From Candidatus Ozemobacteraceae bacterium (lineage in GTDB: Bacteria; Muiribacteriota; Ozemobacteria; Ozemobacterales; Ozemobacteraceae): a stretch of DNA of 64,000 bases. The stretch is from NCBI GenBank assembly GCA_965140445.1, contig OZ223236.1, positions 4,480,001 to 4,544,000 of the forward strand. The letters are read 5' to 3'. The notes beneath the pieces were generated by a model. That model saw nothing but the letters and a program-made list of their open reading frames with translations, was not told where the DNA came from and did not search any database. A program made the translations under genes and the position numbers. Below, piece after piece: positions 9,341 to 16,820 of this stretch. Within the stretch, counting starts at the first letter, position 1, and each line of letters opens with the position of its first letter.

Positions 9341-10003
9341 TTATATAATGTGCAACCAGTCCGATAGAAGGAACTGAAAGCGTCCGATAAGAAGAGAAAT
9401 ACGACCCATAACAGTGGTTCCAAATGCTGCGCCGAAGCTTACCATCAAGAACCAGATACCAACTCGAGCTACGTTTCCATATACAGGGCCTTTGTGGTCT
9501 GTACTGAAAAAGAAGTAAAACAAACTGGTAACTGTTCCAATAACCAGTACAAGGTTTGAGAAACTCTCAAAAACACTTCCCTGCACTATTATTGGGCGAA
9601 TTGCCTTAGCAATCTGAGGAATAAGCGTCTGATGTGTAAAAAACACAATTGCCATACCAGTTGAAACACCCATAACAAATGAAACAGTAAATCTACTGAT
9701 CCACGCATGAGTTCCACTCAAACGGAATAGCATCAGAATTCCAAGAAGGCCAGGAATAATCAGAATATACTCAGGACTGGCATTGGCTGCCTGCCCTGTT
9801 GCAAAAGCTGAAGGGAAAATCTTCGAAAGAAGATTCGGTTTTAATACCTGGTGAAATGAAATCACCGAGAAGTAATACCCCGCAGAAACACCAACAAATA
9901 GATGCTCTGCAAATCTGTAAAACGGATTGTCTTTAACTAGAAAGCTGAAGCAGCAAAGAGTGATGAAAGCTCCAACCCATATTGATAATGTTAATGTTGT
10001 CAT
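9341..10003 (-). CDS. Polytopic membrane protein of unknown function
   Basis: About 6 hydrophobic helices; DNPFYRFAEHLFVG motif; AGGAGG RBS. Confidence 0.8.
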   Translation of the reverse strand: MTTLTLSIWVGAFITLCCFSFLVKDNPFYRFAEHLFVGVSAGYYFSVISFHQVLKPNLLSKIFPSAFATGQAANASPEYILIIPGLLGILMLFRLSGTHAWISRFTVSFVMGVSTGMAIVFFTHQTLIPQIAKAIRPIIVQGSVFESFSNLVLVIGTVTSLFYFFFSTDHKGPVYGNVARVGIWFLMVSFGAAFGTTVMGRISLLIGRFQFLLSDWLHII

Positions 10004-10013
10004 CTTCTTCCTC

Positions 10014-10913
10014 CTAACCTCTTCTCTTGCTTTTCTTCATTTCAGCCAAGAAAGCGAGGTTTCCAACAATAATGAAAAGAATGATTACCAGATGAGCGAT
10101 TGACTGAGGAGCCATTCCATCACGACCTGCGCCCTGATGATCTACAAGCTTTTCATATTCAGCTGCTCCAGGAAGTCCACCTGTCATACCAACCAACTGG
10201 CCAGTTTGAATATAGGTGATAAATCTAGGAATATTAACAGAAGTACAAGCTGCTCCCATCTTTCTTTTATGATCACCATAAAGGTTAATAAAAGTTTCGA
10301 TTCCGCCCGTTCCAGCAGTAAAGCTTACGATAACTCCAACATCCTGAATGGTGAAACGCTTGTTATTTTCCATTTGGAAAATAGGCATTTCTTTTGTTGA
10401 GTTACCTTCTCTGTCCGCTGGGTAAGTGCTCATGAAATCGTTTACCATAGCTTTAACATGAATCAAAGCGCCAGGTTTAAATCCAAGATTAACGTAATCT
10501 TCTCCACGAACCAATTTAGGTTTACAGCTCGGAGAAATTTTTCCCGCTTTTTTGAATTCTTCATAAGTTTGTTCATAAATCTGAGTAGCAGAAGCCAAAG
10601 CAGCTTCAGCCATTTCACCACCAAGAGGCCAGTTACCGCCACAAAGAGGCTTCTGATTTTTTCTGAACATATGCAGAAGAATTGCAATGGCAGAAGGCGC
10701 TAATTCAGGTTCTGAGCCTGGATCATAATCGAAAGAAAGAAAACATCTCTGTCCTTCAGGAAGAGAATCTACATAGTTAAAAAGGCCTTTTACTTCTGGG
10801 CCAGGAACAACCGGGAAATTCATTTTGAAAATCATAGGTGTAGCAACAGCTATAGCAACAAAAAGAAATACCCAACGACGATCAAGGTTTTTTAGATTGA
10901 TTAAAAAGTCCAT
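10014..10913 (-). CDS. Membrane-anchored hypothetical protein (N- and C-terminal TM, central alpha/beta domain)
   Basis: 299 aa; DRRWVFL, DYVNLGFKPG, GGLPGAAEYE; GGGAGG RBS. Confidence 0.8.
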   Translation of the reverse strand: MDFLINLKNLDRRWVFLFVAIAVATPMIFKMNFPVVPGPEVKGLFNYVDSLPEGQRCFLSFDYDPGSEPELAPSAIAILLHMFRKNQKPLCGGNWPLGGEMAEAALASATQIYEQTYEEFKKAGKISPSCKPKLVRGEDYVNLGFKPGALIHVKAMVNDFMSTYPADREGNSTKEMPIFQMENNKRFTIQDVGVIVSFTAGTGGIETFINLYGDHKRKMGAACTSVNIPRFITYIQTGQLVGMTGGLPGAAEYEKLVDHQGAGRDGMAPQSIAHLVIILFIIVGNLAFLAEMKKSKRRG

Positions 10914-10925
10914 GACTAGCCTCCC

Positions 10926-11810
10926 TTATCCTTCACCGCCAAGGTGAGATCTCTCTACACCGAGGATGATTTTCATTGAAGCGGAGATATAACCAAGCAT
11001 GGCACCAATCAGAATTGCTGTCTGAGCTGCAGAACTTGGGTATGAAATAATCCATGCTTTCAGAGCAGCAATATTAACAAACTTGCCAACAACTGGAATA
11101 ACATTGAACCATTCAGAAATCATATTTCCAACAGGAACGTTACCGAGCATAACGATGAAAGCAGAGCCCATCAACAATCCAGCTTCTTTAGATTTAACTC
11201 TAAATGCGCGGAAAGATGCAGAAGCAACAAAAAACGCAAGCAAGGAGAACATTGTTGCCTGAGCGGCTTTGAATACTCCCTGGAAAAGAACCTGCTGAGC
11301 ACAGAACAACCAGGCCATAACTCCACCGCGGAGTTTAGAATAAGCTGCTTTCTGTTTATTTCCCAAATCGTCAACAACTATAATTGTTGTAGTATCTTCA
11401 TCAGGAGTTGTTCCCTTATTTTCAGTAACTGTTTCAATGGTTACGTGCTTAGAAGTAACGTTGTTATCGGAGAACAGGTAATAGCTTTCACCAGCTTTAA
11501 CTGGTTTTTCAAACATTGGCCATGTCCCGGAAATGAACCCAAGAATTGTCATACTCAGGAATCCAAGAACAAGAACCAGACTGTATCCCCAACCGTCAGC
11601 CTTACGACTGATTTTTTGCAGATTGATCTTCAGCAAGCTGATAGCACCAAGTAACATGGTGAATGACATGATAATCTGAAGCCACTGTGGGAAAGTTTTA
11701 TCAATTGCCTTAAGCGTCGGAAAAGCTGGACCGCTGAAAAAGGCGAGAATCATTATTACACCCGATATGAATGTGATTATTAGTGGTAATGTTCTTTTTA
11801 CAAATAGCAT
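10926..11810 (-). CDS. Polytopic membrane protein of unknown function
   Basis: About 6 TM helices; TMFSLLAFFVASASFRAFR motif; C-terminal ILGVER. Confidence 0.8.
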   Translation of the reverse strand: MLFVKRTLPLIITFISGVIMILAFFSGPAFPTLKAIDKTFPQWLQIIMSFTMLLGAISLLKINLQKISRKADGWGYSLVLVLGFLSMTILGFISGTWPMFEKPVKAGESYYLFSDNNVTSKHVTIETVTENKGTTPDEDTTTIIVVDDLGNKQKAAYSKLRGGVMAWLFCAQQVLFQGVFKAAQATMFSLLAFFVASASFRAFRVKSKEAGLLMGSAFIVMLGNVPVGNMISEWFNVIPVVGKFVNIAALKAWIISYPSSAAQTAILIGAMLGYISASMKIILGVERSHLGGEG

Positions 11811-11823
11811 TTCTCAACCCGCC

Positions 11824-13011
11824 TCACTTAAATAGTCCCATATAGCTTTCAGCCCAACTACTAAGCATTCCAGGTTCTCCGAGGTCGAAGCCCTTTATGC
11901 TCTGAAGTACTGTTCCGATTAAAATCGCTACTATGATAATAATTTTACTAACGTCCTGCCCTTTAAGAGATCCAACTTCTTTTGGATTCTTGGAAAGGTA
12001 AGCTGACGCTGCAAACAATTCTTCACCGATCAATGTGTAATCACATGATGCTACGAAGAAAGGAATCTGAGATGGTTCTGCGGTTCCGGCGATCTGAATC
12101 GCTCCTACCGAGTTTCCTGTTTCTGCAAGAATAAGTGATTCTGCATAAAAAGTTCCCAGATAAAAACAAGCCGCAGGTTTTTCGCGCATCATCGTTCCGC
12201 CAACACCTGCAACATAACCAAACTGATCATCAGTCAGGTAGTTGATTCTGTCCGGTCTGTATGCATCAGGTCTACCTTTTTCAAGATAAGACTGTTTTAC
12301 AACTTCCTGTGCAACTGACATAACAAAAGAGCGAGTCATAGGAGCAAACAAAGGAGTGTCATACTCAGCTGTTTTCTTGGCAACGTGTCCAAGAATTGTT
12401 ACCCCGGCTATAGTCTGAATGTCATCCATGTCCATGATTCCTGGAACATACAAAACACCGCGCCCCATTTCAGTAGCACGCCCAACAGCATCATCAAGAG
12501 CTGAAAGCCCGCTGATTCTTCTGATGAAGAGTTCCTTGCCGCGCTGAGCGTGGAAAGTGAAGTATGTCACAAAAGCCAAAAGAGCAGTAATAATAACAAG
12601 AACGTTCATTCTACTGGTATCGATATAATATCCAATACCCTGTGCTTGTTTTACCTGCTTTTGTGCAGCAATACTTGCTTCACCAGCATTACTGTTTGCC
12701 TCAGCCAGACTGCCGGCAACAACTGCTTTTGCCTTTTCCTCTTCACTCATTACCGGAGCTTGAGCTGCGGCAGGAGCAGTAACAGGAGCTGCAATGGCAG
12801 GTTGCGGAATCTCTGTTACAGGTGTAACAGGTGCGGCAACGGGGGCAGGCGACGGAGTTGTCGCTGCGGGTTCGACAGCTGCTGGTGCAACTGAAGGTGC
12901 GGAATCAACAACTACTTCTTGTTGAGCCACAACTACGGTAGCTGATACCATGATCAGAAGAGCTGCCAGTATTGGCAACAACTTCCCGGGCATTCGCCAG
13001 GATACACTCAT
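11824..13011 (-). CDS. DUF6754-like membrane protein with signal peptide and Pro/Ala-rich linker
   Basis: IRRISGLSALDDAVGRATEMGR, AESLILAETG, LIGEELFAASAYLS motifs; ATG 13011 with GGAGG RBS. Confidence 0.8.
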   Translation of the reverse strand: MSVSWRMPGKLLPILAALLIMVSATVVVAQQEVVVDSAPSVAPAAVEPAATTPSPAPVAAPVTPVTEIPQPAIAAPVTAPAAAQAPVMSEEEKAKAVVAGSLAEANSNAGEASIAAQKQVKQAQGIGYYIDTSRMNVLVIITALLAFVTYFTFHAQRGKELFIRRISGLSALDDAVGRATEMGRGVLYVPGIMDMDDIQTIAGVTILGHVAKKTAEYDTPLFAPMTRSFVMSVAQEVVKQSYLEKGRPDAYRPDRINYLTDDQFGYVAGVGGTMMREKPAACFYLGTFYAESLILAETGNSVGAIQIAGTAEPSQIPFFVASCDYTLIGEELFAASAYLSKNPKEVGSLKGQDVSKIIIIVAILIGTVLQSIKGFDLGEPGMLSSWAESYMGLFK

Positions 13012-13048
13012 GGATAAGACCTCCATATGAGAAATTCACAAATACAAG

Positions 13049-13082
13049 CTTCGATTATATCGAAGGCATTTATTTAAGTCAA
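13049..13082 (-). promoter_or_regulatory. Sigma70 promoter with a palindromic operator over the -10 box
   Basis: TTGACT(13082-13077)-17 nt-TATAAT(13059-13054); CTTCGAT-N3-ATCGAAG at 13049-13065. Confidence 0.85.
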
Positions 13083-13155
13083 CGAAACTGTACACAAAAA
13101 GACTAGTTTTAAATCCCTGAAATAGACAAGAACCGTTTATAATCGGTGCATATAT

Positions 13156-14139
13156 CTATTGTTTTTCATACTTCCAGCATGCAACTCTGTGTCCTTCATG
13201 CAGTGGAAAAAAAGCAGGCGCTTTTGAACATTTTTCAAAAGAGTCGCTACAAAATGCAAAATAAGGACAAGCTGTTCCCAATTTCACATTATCTTTTACA
13301 ACCGGATCAACTAACTCACCACCTTCTCTCAAATAAAGAGCTGAATTTAAAAGACTTTTTGTATATGGATGAGAAGCATCTTTCAACAAACAATCAGATG
13401 GAAGTTCCTCCACAATTCGTCCTTTAAACAATAATATTATTCGATCTGCCAACTGCCTTACTACGGCAACATCATGAGAAATAAAAATAAGCGAAAGGTT
13501 TCTCTTTTCTTTAAGGTCCATTAAAAGGCCAAGTATTTGTGCCTGAACTGACACATCCAGAGCAGAAACCGCCTCATCAGCAATTACGATTTCAGGATTC
13601 AGCATTAAAGATCTGCAGATCCCTATTCTTTGCCTTTGCCCGCCACTAAATTCTGACGGGTATCTATCCAGGGCCTCAATTCCCAGGCCAACTTCTTCCA
13701 GAGAAGATTCAATTCTATCAAAATCCTTAAGCCCATGAATTTTTAACGGCTCCAATAAAATTTGTCGAACCGTCATTCTTGGGTCCAGCGATCCGAAAGG
13801 GTCCTGAAAAACCATCTGCATTTTTCGGAGAACTCTAAATTTTACGTTTGAATCACTGGAAAAAACATCAAGATTGTCGAGAGTTGCCTGGCCTGATTCT
13901 GGCGAATAAATTCCCATAAGAACTCGCGCCAGAGTAGATTTCCCAGACCCGCTTTCACCAAGTATTCCAAGCGTTTCTCCACGATAAAGCTCAAAAGAAA
14001 CATCTGACAAGGCTTCTAATACGGGGGCTTCTTTTCCTGAAATCTTGTTTTTTATCTTTGAAACCAGATCGGTTTCAAGAGAAAAGGTTTTACCAATCGA
14101 ACTGGCAACTAAAATTGGTTCCCGGTTTACCTTTGTCAT
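13156..14139 (-). CDS. oppF: Oligopeptide/dipeptide ABC transporter ATP-binding subunit
   Basis: GESGSGKST, FSGGQRQR, HPYT, C-terminal Cys cluster; ATGA overlap with oppD. Confidence 0.9.
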   Translation of the reverse strand: MTKVNREPILVASSIGKTFSLETDLVSKIKNKISGKEAPVLEALSDVSFELYRGETLGILGESGSGKSTLARVLMGIYSPESGQATLDNLDVFSSDSNVKFRVLRKMQMVFQDPFGSLDPRMTVRQILLEPLKIHGLKDFDRIESSLEEVGLGIEALDRYPSEFSGGQRQRIGICRSLMLNPEIVIADEAVSALDVSVQAQILGLLMDLKEKRNLSLIFISHDVAVVRQLADRIILLFKGRIVEELPSDCLLKDASHPYTKSLLNSALYLREGGELVDPVVKDNVKLGTACPYFAFCSDSFEKCSKAPAFFPLHEGHRVACWKYEKQ

Positions 14140-15116
14140 ATTTTTTTGCTTTCTTCCAATGGAAACCAGCACTTGACTGATCTCCCATTTTCAAAAAATT
14201 GATTAACAGGTCTCTCCTGTTTACATTTGTCCACTGATAACTTACAACGATCCGAATAAACACATCCTAAAGGCTTATTATCCGGAGCGGGAAGATTTCC
14301 TGGAATTGGCTTGGGTAAAGATTTTGATTGAACCAGTCTTGGCATTGCTGCAAGCAAATCCCTTGTGTATGGATGCCGCGGGTTTTCGATCACCTCTTTC
14401 GTGGGACCAAACTCTATTAAATTACCTGCATATAAAACCCCAAGCTTATCTGAAACCGAATTTATTACTCCTAAATCATGGCTGATAAAAACTAAAGATT
14501 TGCCTTCGTTCTTTACCCGTTTTCTAAGCTCTGCAAGGATTTGAACCTGTAGACCTGCATCAAGAGCTGTCGTTGGCTCATCTGCTAGAATCAACTCGGG
14601 CTCTAACACCAGGGAAATAGCTAACATAGCTCGCTGGCGCATTCCCCCGCTCAATTGATGAGGATAAGAGTGAAAAAACTTTTCTGGTTCCGCAAATCCT
14701 GATTTTAAAAGAGAAACTCTTACCCGTTCCTGCAGTTCGGCTTTTGATATTCCGTGCTCATGAGCCAACACGCTTTCTGCAATTTGATCAAATAGCGTCA
14801 TCAAAGGGTTCATAGCAGTCATCGGCTCTTGGAACACCATTGCAATTTTGCAACCGCGAAATTTCCTGAAATCACCTTCAGAAAAATTAGTTAGAACTTT
14901 TTCTTTAAATAAAATCTTCCCGGATTCCTTGGCAATGCTAGCCTTGGGAAGCAAGCCCATAACACTCATAGCCAGGACTGATTTTCCTGAGCCCGACTCA
15001 CCTGCCAGCCCCAGACAAACTCCATCTTCCAGATCCAGAGAGATATTTTCCAGAACAGGAAGCATTCTCTTATTGCTGTCACTGAGCGTTAGAGAAAAAT
15101 TTTCAATTCTGAGCAA
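14136..15116 (-). CDS. oppD: Oligopeptide/dipeptide ABC transporter ATP-binding subunit
   Basis: GESGSGKS, YPHQLSGGMRQR, ADEPTTALD. Confidence 0.9.
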   Translation of the reverse strand: MLRIENFSLTLSDSNKRMLPVLENISLDLEDGVCLGLAGESGSGKSVLAMSVMGLLPKASIAKESGKILFKEKVLTNFSEGDFRKFRGCKIAMVFQEPMTAMNPLMTLFDQIAESVLAHEHGISKAELQERVRVSLLKSGFAEPEKFFHSYPHQLSGGMRQRAMLAISLVLEPELILADEPTTALDAGLQVQILAELRKRVKNEGKSLVFISHDLGVINSVSDKLGVLYAGNLIEFGPTKEVIENPRHPYTRDLLAAMPRLVQSKSLPKPIPGNLPAPDNKPLGCVYSDRCKLSVDKCKQERPVNQFFENGRSVKCWFPLEESKKI

Positions 15117-15136
15117 AAATCAAACTTCCTTATTTC

Positions 15137-16807
15137 TTAGTTGCAATCAGTGCCAGTGGAAACTGAATTCCAATAAAGCAGATCATCCCAGATTGTTGAG
15201 CTGGCAATTTCTCTACCTTTTTCTGCACGGAACAAACCAGTATCATAAGGCTGGAACAAAAATGCCACAGGCTTATCACTGATTAAAATATTTGCCAGCT
15301 TTTGCTTTAAAGCTTTTCTATCCTGACCCGGCAAGATTGAATCCAGACCATTTAGAATTTCATCAACATTTGGGTTTTCATACTTCATATAATTTAGCGA
15401 CAGATTATTCACTGGATTGCTATGCAAAAAATTCACCCAGTTTCCATCTTCGGGAAGATTGTAGCTAATGACACAAGTATCAAAATCGCCATTTTCAAGG
15501 TGATTTTTCACCAAATCCGACCAGGAAACTGGTTGAACCTCAGCCTTGATTCCCACCGCTTTCAAATCACTTGTAATCTCTTCTGCAACAAGTCGGCGAA
15601 TAATATTATCTTCGTTAAATGCAATTTTTAAAACAAAGTTTTCACCATTTAGTTCTCTGATTCCATCACCATTAGTATCTTTCAAACCAGCAGCTTCAAG
15701 AATCTGCTTAACTTCTTCCTGAGAAGTTTTGCTTTTAATCTGCTCTCCAAGCGGTGCTGAAAACAGTTCTCTTCCATCAAAAGGAATTTTATTCTTAATT
15801 TTTTCTCTGTTAATTGCCGCATTAAGAGCACTTCGCACCTGAATGTTATCAAAAGGTGCTTTTGCATTATTAAACATCCAGATCATACATGCAGGATTTG
15901 GATATCTTGTGAAAACCGTATTGCTGATTCCCATCTCTTTGAGTTGAGATGAAATTTCAGAAGGCAGATTTGCCCAAAATAGCTTGTCGTTTCTGAAATC
16001 ATTAACCAGGCTTTCAAAATTCAAATAGCTTCTGACAAGAATCTTCGGAGAGGTTGCATTCTCAAGCGTCGATTCAAGAACCAAATAGCGACCAGTCTCC
16101 CGGGAAGCAATTTTATAAGCTCCCATACCAACTGGCATATCATTGAAAGAAATTGTAGAAGTATTTGTGGCACTGCCAGCAGCAACTTCAGACGATCCTG
16201 AAGCGTTTAACTGAGACAACGTGGCTTTAGCAAGCTCCTGACCTTCTAAGATATGCTTAGGCAATAAACCAATAGTAAGTAAATCCAGATATTTTCTGGA
16301 GTTGTTAGCAAAAACGATTCGAGTTCGCTGGCCTCTTCCAAAGGAACTTATACTTATAATACCTTTGGCCATTTCAGCATAAGGACTCTGGTTTTCTGGA
16401 TTCTTAATTTGATCAATAGTGAATTCCAGATCCTTTGCATCAAATTCCACGCCATCGTGCCATTTAAGATTGTTCTTCCAAACAGCTTCCATAACTACCG
16501 TGCCACTTGCACCAGGTGTAAGCCAGAAAGAATCGAACAGATATGGCTTATAACTGCCATCATTACACTTAACCAGTGGCGCACCATGTATGAGATTGCA
16601 CACCATTTGAGCGTGTTCACCCTGTTGAAGAATTGGATTTAACCCAAGTGGATCGCCATAAATTCCTAATCTGACAACAGAGCCATCTGCAGCATCATAC
16701 AACTGTTTTATATTTTCAGGTGGCTGATATTTTTTGCCGCACCCGGAAACCAAAATAATACTTATCAGGAAAATTGTTGTAATTAATGCTTTAAATGTTT
16801 TCATCAT
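15137..16807 (-). CDS. Family 5 peptide ABC substrate-binding lipoprotein
   Basis: Lipobox LVSG|C; LKWHDGVEFDAKDLEFT; DTNGDGIRE. Confidence 0.85.
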   Translation of the reverse strand: MMKTFKALITTIFLISIILVSGCGKKYQPPENIKQLYDAADGSVVRLGIYGDPLGLNPILQQGEHAQMVCNLIHGAPLVKCNDGSYKPYLFDSFWLTPGASGTVVMEAVWKNNLKWHDGVEFDAKDLEFTIDQIKNPENQSPYAEMAKGIISISSFGRGQRTRIVFANNSRKYLDLLTIGLLPKHILEGQELAKATLSQLNASGSSEVAAGSATNTSTISFNDMPVGMGAYKIASRETGRYLVLESTLENATSPKILVRSYLNFESLVNDFRNDKLFWANLPSEISSQLKEMGISNTVFTRYPNPACMIWMFNNAKAPFDNIQVRSALNAAINREKIKNKIPFDGRELFSAPLGEQIKSKTSQEEVKQILEAAGLKDTNGDGIRELNGENFVLKIAFNEDNIIRRLVAEEITSDLKAVGIKAEVQPVSWSDLVKNHLENGDFDTCVISYNLPEDGNWVNFLHSNPVNNLSLNYMKYENPNVDEILNGLDSILPGQDRKALKQKLANILISDKPVAFLFQPYDTGLFRAEKGREIASSTIWDDLLYWNSVSTGTDCN

Positions 16808-16820
16808 CAGTCCTTAGAAA

